63,647 nt of DNA, filler included, from Octopus bimaculoides (GCF_001194135.2; 8 parts of 8 records of this genome joined end to end with filler, not necessarily neighbours in it), one strand, 5' to 3'; positions 25,961 through 40,400 are shown, counted from the first letter of the whole stretch. The notes: generated from the sequence alone by a model not told the origin. Numbers and translations: made by a program.

Positions 25961-26696
25961 GTGATAACAGAGTGTTGAATTTTTTACAAAAATATGATTA
26001 CTTGATTGGATAGTTTCTCTCAGTCATCAGAGTAAAGTTCATGCTGGAGTTCCCTATCTATCGACGGTGTCGATTTTCGCAAATGCCAGTGAGTCTACAA
26101 AGCGGGAATGCGATTTCAAGAACGTGTGTGTATATGTAAATATTACAGTTATATACACAAAACTCTATGTATGTATTTATCTATATATGTATACATACTT
26201 ACGCTCATACATACATACATACATACATACATACGTACGTACGTACATACATACATACGTACATACATACATACATACATGCATGCATACATACATACAT
26301 ACATACATACATAATGTATATAAAAATGACAGAGACGGAATGTGGAATATTCGAGAAACTTTATTGCTCACAACAATCGCTTCAACCCATCCTGCATCGA
26401 CCTCTCGCGGGTGGGATACTGTACAACTGGTTGTGGTGCATCCCGCGGTGTAGACGCATCTCGTCAGGTTATGTTATAAGAGATATCTTGCTAGATAAAC
26501 CTTGTTTCGCTCGGTTTTGATACAACATTTTATCAGTAACCGTTATATACTCAACGTCCGCAGAGGAATTCCTGAGGTAGATCCAGCGACAATTGTGGAA
26601 ATACCGTGGATGATGTCTAGTAGCCATTGACAGTGAATGTGTTTCACTGGCTAACTACGAGGAACATATCCAATACTTAAGATAAATAGAGAGAGA

Positions 26697-26757
<61 letters not shown>

Positions 26758-26779
26758 TGAGTGAGAGAGACAGACAGAC

Positions 26780-26812
<33 letters not shown>

Positions 26813-27378
26813 GAGGCAGGCAGGCAGGCATACAGGCAGACAGACAGACAGGCAGGCAGACAGGCAGACAGACAGACAGACAGACAGGNNNNNNNNNNNN
26901 NNNNNNNNNNNNNNNNNNNNNNNNNNNNNNNNNNNNNNNNNNNNNNNNNNNNNNNNNNNNNNNNNNNNNNNNNNNNNNNNNNNNNNNNNNNNNNNNNNNN
27001 NNNNNNNNNNNNNNNNNNNNNNNNNNNNNNNNNNNNNNNNNNNNNNNNNNNNNNNNNNNNNNNNNNNNNNNNNNNNNNNNNNNNNNNNNNNNNNNNNNNN
27101 NNNNNNNNNNNNNNNNNNNNNNNNNNNNNNNNNNNNNNNNNNNNNNNNNNNNNNNNNNNNNNNNNNNNNNNNNNNNNNNNNNNNNNNNNNNNNNNNNNNN
27201 NNNNNNNNNNNNNNNNNNNNNNNNNNNNNNNNNNNNNNNNNNNNNNNNNNNNNNNNNNNNNNNNNNNNNNNNNNNNNNNNNNNNNNNNNNNNNNNNNNNN
27301 NNNNNNNNNNNNNNNNNNNNNNNNNNNNNNNNNNNNNNNNNNNNNNNNNNNNNNNNNNNNNNNNNNNNNNNNNNNNNN

Positions 27379-27454
<76 letters not shown>

Positions 27455-27459
27455 TGGGG

Positions 27460-28330
27460 ACATTATTGTGCATAATAGCCCTCTTTGACATTCCCACTGT
27501 CACTCGGACAGCCACTGTCACTAGCTATACCGATGATACAAAATTGTCACAGGCAGTAAAAAATCAAAATGACGTCACAAGCTAACAGCAGGACCCTGAA
27601 TTAGATATACAAGCGGGCCGAAGTAAGTAACATGCATTTTAATGCTGGAAAATTTCAAGCACTGCACTATCAACTCACTAATGTACTACAGCCTGTATAT
27701 ACACGACCCGAAGGCACTGCAATCCCAGAGTTACAGGCAGTGAAGGGGATCATATACACATTACCAAGATGGCAGTTAATTACAGCTGGCAGGATGGATA
27801 CTGAGGTCTTTCAAGACAAGAGACCAAGAAGCTATGTTGACCCTAGGGAGAATCTCTGTTCTCAACCACCTGGACAAATGCTCTCAGTTATGGTCACCAC
27901 ATAGTACCAAACTAAGAGCAGAGCTTCGAGCAGTCCAACGCCACTACACTGAAATGATTGAAACAGAGCAGCGGATGAGCTACAAGGATTGGTTGAGAAA
28001 ACTACAGCTTTACTCCCTGGAGTAAAGACGTGACAGATATGTAATAATCTACATATGGAAAACACCTGAAAGGCTAGTACCTAATTTTGGCATTCAGTGT
28101 TATACAAATGCCAGAAATGGCCGCCATTGCATTGTACCAAAGGTACGATCAACTCCATCTAAATTCGGGACCAGGTATTGCATTAGCCTAGGGTTCAAAG
28201 GCCCACAGCTCTTCAAAAATTAAGAAATCTTCATTAGGTGGAAGGAGATGTCTGCAAAAAGGAACTAGACATCCTGCTCTCCACAATACCGGATAAACCA
28301 ACAACAGCTCGACATGAGATACAAACGAGG
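27460..28330 (+). mobile_element. CR1/L2-like LINE reverse transcriptase remnant
   Basis: SYTDDTKLSQAV (YADD-type motif) and CSQLWSPH..AVQRHYT..MSYKDWLRKLQLYSLE; multiple stops and frameshifts. Confidence 0.85.
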
Positions 28331-30447
28331 GCAGCGGAATCTAACTCCCTTATACACCAAATGGGCCAACAGCTGGGGCAAAGGCACATACAGGAGTGGT
28401 GATGGTGAAATACCCCAGTCTGAGGAAATCAGAAAGACCACGGTGGTGTTCCAGCATGACCGCAGCCGCATGACTGAAACGAGTAAGGGAGTAAAAGANN
28501 NNNNNNNNNNNNNNNNNNNNNNNNNNNNNNNNNNNNNNNNNNNNNNNNNNNNNNNNNNNNNNNNNNNNNNNNNNNNNNNNNNNNNNNNNNNNNNNNNNNN
28601 NNNNNNNNNNNNNNNNNNNNNNNNNNNNNNNNNNNNNNNNNNNNNNNNNNNNNNNNNNNNNNNNNNNNNNNNNNNNNNNNNNNNNNNNNNNNNNNNNNNN
28701 NNNNNNNNNNNNNNNNNNNNNNNNNNNNNNNNNNNNNNNNNNNNNNNNNNNNNNNNNNNNNNNNNNNNNNNNNNNNNNNNNNNNNNNNNNNNNNNNNNNN
28801 NNNNNNNNNNNNNNNNNNNNNNNNNNNNNNNNNNNNNNNNNNNNNNNNNNNNNNNNNNNNNNNNNNNNNNNNNNNNNNNNNNNNNNNNNNNNNNNNNNNN
28901 NNNNNNNNNNNNNNNNNNNNNNNNNNNNNNNNNNNNNNNNNNNNNNNNNNNNNNNNNNNNNNNNNNNNNNNNNNNNNNNNNNNNNNNNNNNNNNNNNNNN
29001 NNNNNNNNNNNNNNNNNNNNNNNNNNNNNNNNNNNNNNNNNNNNNNNNNNNNNNNNNNNNNNNNNNNNNNNNNNNNNNNNNNNNNNNNNNNNNNNNNNNN
29101 NNNNNNNNNNNNNNNNNNNNNNNNNNNNNNNNNNNNNNNNNNNNNNNNNNNNNNNNNNNNNNNNNNNNNNNNNNNNNNNNNNNNNNNNNNNNNNNNNNNN
29201 NNNNNNNNNNNNNNNNNNNNNNNNNNNNNNNNNNNNNNNNNNNNNNNNNNNNNNNNNNNNNNNNNNNNNNNNNNNNNNNNNNNNNNNNNNNNNNNNNNNN
29301 NNNNNNNNNNNNNNNNNNNNNNNNNNNNNNNNNNNNNNNNNNNNNNNNNNNNNNNNNNNNNNNNNNNNNNNNNNNNNNNNNNNNNNNNNNNNNNNNNNNN
29401 NNNNNNNNNNNNNNNNNNNNNNNNNNNNNNNNNNNNNNNNNNNNNNNNNNNNNNNNNNNNNNNNNNNNNNNNNNNNTATATATATATATATTGGGGGCCG
29501 TATGTGTGTGTGCGTTTGAGTATACATACAAAGTTTCTTTTGTTCTTTTGTTTTACTAATTTTTTTTCTCTGTTGTCTATTAATGTTTTCCTTTGCTCCC
29601 GTTTTATTGTCATTTGGAGATTTCATTTAATCGTTCTAACCCTGAATTTAACATTATATACGTATGTACTTATGTATGTATGCACGTATGTATGTATGTA
29701 TGCATGTATGTGTATGTATGTATGTATGTATGTATTAACATACATATACGTATGTATGTTTATATGTATCTATGTCTCAATATATATACATATATATATA
29801 TATATATATNNNNNNNNNNATATATGCATATATATGTCTGTGCGTATACATATATATATGCATGTGTATATCCATATATATGCATACTCACAGACATGTG
29901 TATATATATATATATACAAGGATATACACTCATACACATATGTAATGTTAAATCCAGAGTTAGAACAATTAAATGAAATCTCCAACTGACAATAAAAAAC
30001 GAAAGCAAAGGAAAATGAAAATGAAAATGAAAATAGAAAAAAAGAATACTAGAATTGACAACAAAGAAAAAAAGAAAGTAAATTTTAGAAAAACAATAGC
30101 ATAAAAAGGAAAATATCGACCAAATATTTAAAAAACAAATATACATAGAGACAGTAAACAATAACAAGAACAACAAAGTCGATTTGAATAAGAACCCATA
30201 TATTTGTCGCTAGACAACAATGAGTAGATCAACAGGCAATATAGTGTTGATTATGCAGTAATGTAATAGCAATAAAGGAGAAACCTTAAATTTATATACA
30301 TACATATATATACATACATTTATATATATATATATATATATATATATNNNNNNNNNNNNNNNNNNNNNNNNNNNNNNNNNNNNNNNNNNNNTTAATTAAT
30401 TAANNNNNNNNNNNNNNNNNNNNNNNNNNNNNNNNNNNNNNNNNNNN

Positions 30448-30537
<90 letters not shown>

Positions 30538-30538
30538 T

Positions 30539-30576
<38 letters not shown>

Positions 30577-31955
30577 TATACTATAGGTACAAGACTTGAA
30601 GTTTTGGAGGTGGCTAGTCGATTACATCGACCTCAGTGTTCGACTGGCACTTATTTTATCGATCCCGAAACGATGAAAGAACGGAAGTTAACTTATATTT
30701 TATGAGTGAAATTAGGTAAACAGAAATTGTATAGAAGTCTCACAGTAGAATTGTACCTGTATTTCAAAGATACAGCATACGACAAAATGTTGAAGCTTAC
30801 AACAAAATGTATATGTGTCTGTGGAGTGCTCAGACACTTTCTAATCCAATGAGCAGGTAATTCCGTTAACCGGCCGAGTCCTCATTGTCGAAAACGACGG
30901 GGACACACACACACATACGAGAGGAAGTCAAAAATTAACCGCACTTTCGCCATAACAAAATTTGCTGATTGCATTCTGTGGTCTAAATGATGGGCTGAGA
31001 CATGTATGCTAGGAGGAACTGGGCCAAGTGACGTGAGTCATAGCATTCACAATATCTATTGGTATTCATTCGATTCGTGCTAGTTGTTAACTGTTGGCAT
31101 GTACGCGTGCTTCTTATCATAACTTCTTTTATCTGCAGGTTACCGATATTACCGTCTTTAGCTTTATTGGTAGCTGTGATATCTTTATTCATGTTCTTAC
31201 ATTTTCAGGTTGTTTTCTGAAAGATGAAGTGTATGTGAGAGATGCACTTTGATTCGGAAGTATATTGGCTGAATTGTTCTGCTGATTAAACATTCAATGT
31301 ATTTGGTGCATTGGATCTATTATACGACTTACGTACGCAGGCGCATGTCTATTTTGCGGGTGGAGCAGTAGGCAACATGCATAGATTTTTGTCGTTCGGA
31401 AGCCGTTTCTACAATAAATATTTCCATTCAAAAGGTCTTGACTGGATCATATGTATATCTAAGCTTTCCCTTTGAATGGTCGTGCAAATAGCAACAGTTA
31501 TATTGTCGCTGAAGTGTTGTAGATTCAACATACAGGTATTGGGAGTGTTCTTCCATTGAGCCTGTGAGCTTTGAACGTGAGTGGTAATGGATGCTGGATG
31601 TCTGTTGTTTGTAAAGCCAAACGAAATGCTGCTAAGTATTTCGTCCGGCATGCTGACAACTCTGCCAGCTCATCGCCATAAACCCTTTCTACTAAAGACA
31701 TAAGTCCTGAAATGTAAGGGAGAGGAGGGGAGAAGGGGCCAGTCGATTACATCAACTCCAGTACTCAACAAGTACTTTATTTTATTGACCCTGAAAGGAT
31801 AAAAAGCAAAGTCGACCTTGGCGGAATTTCAACACAAAACGTTCAGACAGACAAAATGCCACTAGATATTTTGTCCGGCATGCTGACAACTCTGCTAGCT
31901 CACCGTTTTAATAATAATGGTTTCAAATGTTGGTACCAGACCAGCAGTTTTTGAG

Positions 31956-32032
<77 letters not shown>

Positions 32033-32036
<4 letters not shown>

Positions 32037-33298
32037 TCCCAAAATTAAGGCAACCAACTTTTTTCACTTTTGCCAAAGCAAAATATTGTTATATTTCGAG
32101 TCTGAGCCTTTCAATGCAATGGTAAAAGAAACACAATTATGACATTACCATATTTATTCAATATGACCACCTCTGTTTCGAATCACAGCCTTAAGTCTAG
32201 GTGCGAATGCTTCACATACGGCACGCAGCTGTTCTTGTGGAATCGAAGCCCATTCCTTCGCAGTTTTGCCTTCAGAGCGTCGAGCGAAGCATGAGGAGTA
32301 TTCAAGACCCTCGGCTCCAAAATGGACCAAACAGAAAAATCCAGCGGGTTGAGATCGGGGCTTCTTGAGGGCCATACATCCTTGCCTATGAACGATGGAA
32401 TGTTTTTCTGAATCCAGTGTTGTATCTGCTTGGAGCAATGGGATAGTGTCGAGTCCTGTTGGAGACTCCACTGTGCGCCTGGAAAGTGCTCATTACCCAT
32501 GGATGCAGTTCAGCTTTAAAATGCCGCTAATGTATTGTTGGGTGTCAATTTTAACACCCGAGGACACAAAAACAAAGGGAGATCTTCCAGTGGCTGTCAC
32601 AGTCATCCAAACCATAACTGACTGTGGATTTTGGCGTCGATTTACGAGTCTACCCTCGACGGAGGCAGATACACTCCAAAGTCGGTCATTCTGGTGGCTT
32701 ATTGTCTGTTCGATGTTAAATTTCTTTTCATCAGTCAACACTGGGTTGGGCAGAGTGCCTTCAGCAATCTGACGCAGGATAAGGTGACTTCTCTCCAGTC
32801 TCATGGCCTTATACACTTGCATGAGGTCACGACAGCAGATCGTCTTGTAGGGGTGGGTCCTGATATCCTCCTTCAGCACCCGCTACATCAATATTTGGCT
32901 TATTTTTGCTGTGGTAACCAGTTTTCTGACAGTACGACGAGGATTTCGCTGTATCTTTTCTATGGTGCTTTTGATAAGCTGAGGGGTCTGCACACTTCTT
33001 TTTCGGCCACATCCAGGTCGATCAGCGGTGGAACCAACATCCTGAAATTTCTTGACCATTTTCCAAACTGTTGTTCAGTTAATTTTAAGCTTTTTTGCTG
33101 TAGTCGTATTATTTTCGCTTCCTTTGTGGATGGTTATGATTGTATTTCGGTCTATAGCCATTATCTAATTTATAAATCTGAATTTATTTAGCCTGAAACA
33201 AAAAGAAGACACACTAATGATGTATAATTTTCATATCTTATCAGATTAATTGTTATTAAAGTCCAAAACTTTGGTTGCCTTAATTTCGGGACATCCTG
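32033..33298 (-). mobile_element. Full-length but inactivated maT-type (DD37D) Tc1/mariner transposon
   Basis: TIRs gtgtcccaaaattaaggcaaccaa (32034-32057) and ttggttgccttaatttcgggacatcctg (33271-33298), followed by TA. Transposase pieces from ATG 33161 to 32154 contain TDEKKF, QQD and SPDLNPLD with 37 residues between the second and third D; several frameshifts. Confidence 0.92.
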
Positions 33299-34016
33299 TA
33301 TGTGCGTGTGTGCATGTGCACGCGCGCATTTATATATTTATTTGGTGTTTCATGTTAATTTATTTTGTTTGTGTTAAGCAGAAAAAATGAAAATATCAAA
33401 AAAAAAAAAAAAGCATGACTGAAAATCTGCACAAATAAATGAAATAGTTTTAACAAAACAATCAAGTTTGATAGATTGTGAGAAAATATTTCTTCACTGA
33501 GATATGTTTATTTCAAAAGAAACAAGTCAATTGAGGAACTATTTTTGTTATTTTTTCCATCTTTCCTTTCACATGCAAATACATGTACACATACTCACTC
33601 ACACACACACATTAATGGACGTCATTTGGAATTTAACAAAGACTGCTTTACATAGTCCTTTGCAACATCAGGCATTTGCAGCAATGCCAGGCAATGATCT
33701 GCGAAATTTCTCCAGTGAGATCTCTTTACAGTAGCTCTTGTAGAGCACTCCAGACTAAAATGTGCACTTAAGATATTAATAATATGTTTGACTTGAATTC
33801 TTGTCATAGGTATTCTATAAAGTTTTTATATACATCAGAAATACAAACAGGAAATATGACAATCTTAAGACAAAAAAACAAACAAAAAAATTACCTTCGA
33901 AACCATATCTGCATTTTACAAATATTTAACCCATTTTATTCATGTGGGCAAAATGAAAGTAAATTTTCTAAACAAACAATTGCTCACACATATGATCATG
34001 TGTGGGCAACTGACAT

Positions 34017-34047
<31 letters not shown>

Positions 34048-35288
34048 ACACACACACACACATGCACATTACACTCATAATGTACCAATAGAAGAGTTCA
34101 ATACTGGAAAGGTGTATCAATTCTTTAATGGAATTTAAATCAGTAATCCATTACCTATGGTTTCATATTGATGAATTAGTTATTTTTCATCTAACAACAT
34201 GACCAATACTCCACCATAGTGCTTCTTTGTGGCATGCCACATGTTTCTAATTAAAAAAATTAACTATACCATCAGCATGAAACCATTGGTACTTGATCAT
34301 TAATTCAAATTCATTCCATTAACACAGACATACATTTGTACATAACTGCGAACCAGACCCAGTTCTTAAAATAAGAACTAGTAATTAACTTTTAGCTATG
34401 TGCTGAGAGAGGTGTGATTTGGGGGTGTTTTGAAGTATGATTGACACCAAGACTTTTCCAAGTTAGTTAAAATGCTAATTACACCTCAAAACTGGTACTT
34501 TGTTCAGCAGTGGAAATTAATAAGGATTTGTTTGTGACATAAAATTTTCTTCTTTTAATGTGAAGTTCATAAGATTTATATAATTTATTTACAGTAAGGG
34601 AATATATGTGAGTGTATATATGTGTGTGCATATGTAATAACATCCCAGTGTAAATGTGTGTTTGTATATATGTTCCTACCTACATCATCTTCTACTTTAT
34701 CTCTGCCTCTATCATGCCAAATTTCCAAACACCAAAATATTCTAACAAGTCAACATAACTGAAATTGCATTTGTGGTTGTTTTATGTATTGTGCCTATCT
34801 ACTTTCTTCTCCTCCATCTTGTCACCACAATAACCTTTCTATTATAGGTACAAGGCCTGAAGTTTTGTGGGAGAGGACTAGTCAATTACATTGACTCCAG
34901 AATTTCACTGGTACTTAATTTATTAACCCCAAAAGGATGAATGGCAAAGTTGACCTTGGCGGAATTTGAACTCAGAACGTAGCGAGGGGTGAAATGCTGC
35001 TAGGTATTTTGTCAAGCTTGCTAATGATTCTGCTAGATCACTGCCTTCTTGTTGCCACAATAACAATATTTGTTTTTGTGGTTGCTTAATGGATCTAACA
35101 AGGCACCATCCAGTTCATTTTTTTGACACTTTTCCTTCGTCAACTGACCCCTTGACTTTCTCACCCCCTCATACCACTCCACTTGCTTCTATTTCAGGTT
35201 TAGTCTTAATTTCCTCATATTCAGGTGATGAATTAATGAGACTAAATACTATAATTTTCACAGCAAATAAACTTGTATAACAATATCA

Positions 35289-35356
35289 TCATCATCATCG
35301 TTTAACGTCCGCTTTCCATGCTAGCATGGAAAGCGGACGTTAAACGATGATGATGA
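35289..35356. repeat. Perfect 68-bp palindrome made from a SINE end
   Basis: 34-bp arms centred on CCATGCTAGCATGG; the left arm is the catcatcgtttaacgtccgctttccatgct terminus of the SINE at 37198, 41816 and 45237. Confidence 0.9.
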
Positions 35357-36120
35357 AGATGATGATATTGTTATATATATATATATGTANNNNNNNNNNN
35401 NNNNNNNNNNNNNNNNNNNNNNNNNNNNNNNNNNNNNNNNNNNNNNNNNNNNNNNNNNNNNNNNNNNNNNNNNNNNNNNNNNNNNNNNNNNNNNNNTATA
35501 TATAAGCAGTAGAAGCGCCATTGTAATGTATAAATAAAAAAATATGTACATATATGTATGAATGTATATAAGGACATGTATGCATGTGTGTGTGTGTGTG
35601 TGTGTGTAAGGATATTGTTTCCATGCATCTTCCTTATAAATGGTTGAGCATAAATAATGTTAAATTTTTCCAAGGAACAAAAGTCCTGTAGTTTCAGCAG
35701 CTTTGTCAGTTTTGATGTGTGAAGAAGAGTGGAATGAAAATGGCTTACTTAAGAAAGAGCTAATGAGCTGGTGTCAGAAAAGATGATCAGGCTAAGGAAA
35801 AATCTGTCATAGCATCTTTTGTCTAAACCACGCCAGCATGGAAATAATGACATGATAAAAATTATATATATATATACATATATAAAGATAGATAGATAAG
35901 CAGCCAGTACACTCTGTAAAGTGATTGGCTTTAGGAAGAGCATCATGCTATAGAAACCATGCCAAAGCTGACAGCAGAGCTTGGTGCAGTCTTCTGACTT
36001 GTCAGTTCCTGTGAAACCATCTAACCCATGCTAGCTTGGAAGAAGATTAAATAATGATGATGAGTGTCATCATCATCACTTTACATCCTCATTCATTCAC
36101 ACACACACATATATATATAA

Positions 36121-36208
36121 ATAAGGATTTACTTTGCGTAATGAGATAAAAGACCAAGGCTGTACACAGCCTTCGTCTTTTATCTCATTACGAAAAGTAA
36201 ATCCTTAT
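36121..36208. repeat. Near-perfect 88-nt palindrome/hairpin
   Basis: ataaggatttactttgcgtaatgagataaaagac-c-aaggctgt-ac-acagcctt-c-gtcttttatctcattacgaaaagtaaatccttat: 43-position arms with two mismatches and a 2-nt loop. Confidence 0.9.
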
Positions 36209-37194
36209 ATTCACACGTTGATATATGACCTACGTTGGACCTCTTATTCGCATAACCACCGAATCTGGAGCTTAACTGTGGTCTATCCATAGCACTTACT
36301 CAGCATTAGCTGAAACCTCTGGGTCTAATTGGCACCACTATCGCTCATAACCTATATATATATAAAAGCATTGTGAATGAAATCAGGTAGATGAAAATTC
36401 TAAGTCCATTTAATGGATTGTATCAGTAATTTGAAGGGGCCAACTTTGTCTTACAAACAGTGTCCTGTCTACTCTGTGAGAGAATTATGTTAAGGGTACA
36501 TGTGTCTGTGCAATATCCAGTCACATACCTATTTATTCAATGAGTAGTTTATAGTAGTTATAGTCTAATTATACTTTAGTATAATTAGTACAGACTGTAT
36601 AGTAGTTTACTTAACTGCACAAATGTAAACTCATGATCAGAAATTCCAAGCACATACATGTATATATACATATNNNNNNNNNNNNNNNNNNNNNNNNNNN
36701 NNNNNNNNNNNNNNNNNNNNNNNNNNNNNNNNNNNNNNNNNNNNNNNNNNNNNNNNNNNNNNNNNNNNNNNNNNNNNNNNNNNNNNNNNNNNNNNNNNNN
36801 NNNNNNNNNNNNNNNNNNNNNNNNNNNNNNNNNNNNNNNNNNNNNNNNNNNNNNNNNNNNNNNNNNNNNNNNCATGCTTGCATGGGTTGAATGGAGTTTA
36901 TTGGTGTAGATTTTCTTTGACCGGATGCACTTCCTGTTGCTAACGATGGTTTCCAAGCAAGCTAATATATCCCCATGTCCACACATCCTTTCGCAGAATA
37001 TTGGAAATAAAGGCCATTCATTTACCTCAATCATGTGATGTCAAAGACAAGGAGACACGAACAGACAGACAGAAACACACACATGTGCTTCTTTCAGTTT
37101 CCATCTACCAAATTCTCTCACAAGACTTTGACTGGCCCAGGGATGTTGTAGAAGACACCTAAGGTGCCATGCAGTGTAACCAAACCTAAAACTA

Positions 37195-37415
37195 CATCAT
37201 CATCATCATCGTCGTTTAACGTCCGCTTTCCATGCTAGCATGGGTTGGACAATTTGACTGAGGACTGGTGAAACCAGATGGCTACACCAGGCTCCAATCT
37301 GATTTGGCAGAGTTTCTACAGCTGGATGCCCTTCCTAACGCCAACCACTCCGAGAGTGTAGTGGGTGCTTTTACGTGCCACCGGCACGAAGGCCAGTCAG
37401 GCGGTACTGGCAATG
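37195..37415 (-). mobile_element. SINE with (GAT)n tail (family C)
   Basis: catcatcatc..gtttaacgtccgctttccatgctagcatgggttggac..ggatgcccttcctaacgccaaccactcc; near-identical copies at 41816, 43530 and 45237. Confidence 0.8.
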
Positions 37416-40400
37416 GTTTGGAAACAAGTTTCTCAACCATACAACCATGTTTATGCCATAAACAGGTAATACACCCCTCTTAGAGCTGTGACTATTACTT
37501 CACATTATAATTCAAAGGCTAAACTTTTGCCATCCAAGAGAAAGAGATTGCTGTTAATATCTGTTGAACAAAAGAGACAGTGAAGGCCTTAGAAGCTCTA
37601 GATGCACTTAAAATGCTAATTATATTACATATCTGTTAAAAACATTACACATGATCAGCAGCTGCCCCAAAATGTCAAGATTATTCCCTTCTTATGTGGC
37701 AGGATAATGTTGCATAAACAGCATATAATGCCAATTGCAGGAAGGGCTGCACCAGGACAAATATAAAAAAAAATATTTCTGGTTTTGAATTCACATATAC
37801 ATTCTAATATATGAAGAATAAATATTGATGGCTTCCACTAAATTCAAATAAAATAGATTTGATATAGTTAATTAGGACAGAAAACAAAAGTTAATGATCT
37901 GATGTAGAAATCAGATGTTCAGCAGATTATTCGAAATTAGTGAGATAAAGATCAAATATAGTCAATTCCCTCAAAACCTACCTTTACTCTGCCCAGATTT
38001 TGAATCTACATATACATCCATAATCATTGGGATTGTTTAAGTAATAATCTGGAAATGATGAGGTTTTCATACAAAGAAACCATCTAACTCATAACCTAAA
38101 AATTGAATCTATAAGCAGTACGGTGAAAAATATTCAAGACTTTTCTGAAATTCAAAATGATGGAGACTTGTAAGAAATCAACTCCTTCTTTACAGGAAGA
38201 ATTGAAAGAATTAAAAACGAAAGACACAAACCTACCCTCTATTTTAAATAATTCTAAATTGGTCTGGCAAAAGGGGTTGTGTCCATGGACTTCACAAGGC
38301 TTCCAAACAGACATAAATACATGACACATACACGCATATACAAACAAACACACACACACATGTTCAAGGAGGCCAAGAAAGACATGAGGTGAAAGGGTGA
38401 AGAATCTTAACAGACTGCATCTCACAAAGGACCATGACTTGGAGCAAAGTACTAGAGAGAACTCATCCAACCCATGCAGGCATGGAAAAACAGAAATAAA
38501 ATTGATGGCAGTGATGGAGATTGAGACTCTTCCTGACCATTATACTGCTCTATCCTTTTCTTTGATACTTTTCGATCTATCCCCCTCCTCCTCTTTTATT
38601 AATGCGTACTCCTGTTATTCTTCTATCTCCCACCACACAGCTGCTGTGTAGAGAGGTGGCACCTTGTTCAATAGACCCATCTGCCTTCAATCTTTACCCT
38701 TTTATGACTGACTTTCAGTCCCCCTTTTCTATCTATCAATCACTCTCAATTCTATTATTCCCGCCCTTCTCACTCAAAACTGACATTCTTCACACTCTTA
38801 CCATCACCCATCTTCATTGTTATCCATCTCCCTCTCTCTCACATCACTTCCTCCTCTATCTCACATTGTTAACATCCTTCACATTCTCTCTCTCCCAATT
38901 CCAGTACCTGCTCTTCTATCACTCCTACCACTCCCTCTTTATGCCACCCATGTTGTTTCTTTCTATTCAAACATCATGTGGTTGTGTATCACTACCTTCT
39001 TTTACTTTCTCTTCTATAATTCTCTCATCTCCTGTTCACCAACTTCTTTACAGAATTTACTGGAGAATGAACAAACAGAGACAATGTAAAATGGAAAGAA
39101 CTCTTTAGTGTGACAAGGAACAAGACAACCTTTACAGTTGGTGTCACAATAAAATACACCCAGTAAATTCTGTAAAGAAGTTGGTGAACAGAAGATGATA
39201 AAATAGGAGAGACAAACACTTTAATCAAGGACATGATTACCTCTCCAGTGTTGGTGGCATGATAAAATGCTCCCAGTATATTCTGTAAAGTGGTTGGTGA
39301 AGCCAAAGACAACTAACCATATAAAACATGTCAAAATGGAACGTACCAGTCAGAAATGGTTCATGACCAATCTAGGGTAGTCACACCAACCATTTGTCTG
39401 AATAAGGACCCAGTCTTAAGTGATCCACCCAACCTATACCAGTATGGAAAAACAGATGGAAAATGGCAAGACATACATGCCTCTTAATATCATGTGGACT
39501 ATGGGTGCCTTCAACAGAGTCAATTTTGCTACACATAAACCTATCAGGTCCCATGTCAGAGGAAAAACTTCCTCCCTTCCACACACTAGTCTTGAAGACC
39601 CAGAAAAAAGACCATAAACACTATCCTTTGTTTTAACCGGATTATAACAGAAAATACACATGTACACACACACACACACATTAACATAATCTGCATACAT
39701 ACACATCCAGACATATACATATATTAGAGTTATTTTCCTGCACACTACAGATGTGTTTCTATCTTCAAATATTATCAAGCAAATACTGAAATCAAACATT
39801 TTTTTTTAAATAATAAAATGGGTGGATGAGAACTGAGTAAAATTTACTGGAGCTAGTTACACAAAGACATTTTGAATAGAAATCTAGTAAGACAAAATTT
39901 TTTATAGAAGTCTAATAAGACGAATAAAAACTAGCATCTCCGTCTTGAATTTCTGAGAGTTACCATTCACCCATCTTGTAAAAAAAATATTTAAATTTTA
40001 GTATTTGCTTCATCACAATCCTCAAACTGAAACATGTCTGCAGTAAATTGCAAAATACCATAAATAATATTTCTAAGTGCCTAAACTCTTTGGTAGTTAC
40101 TTTGATAGTGCCTCTCTAGATTATGAACTAGAATACCCATTTATATAAATATATGTGTGCATGTGTGTATGTATATATATATATATGCATAGACAGCTGG
40201 ATACATATATGCATGCATGCACACATAAGAAAACATATATACATGCATGCACACATAAAAAAAACAATTTTCATGTGTCAGAAAACAACAGGCACTCGTA
40301 TATTAGGTAATAAAGTGAATATGTTATTCATCTGAAATTATAAATTTAATCTTATAACCAATTCATGTTACCAAAAGGTTTCATGTTGAAAAACATTCCG

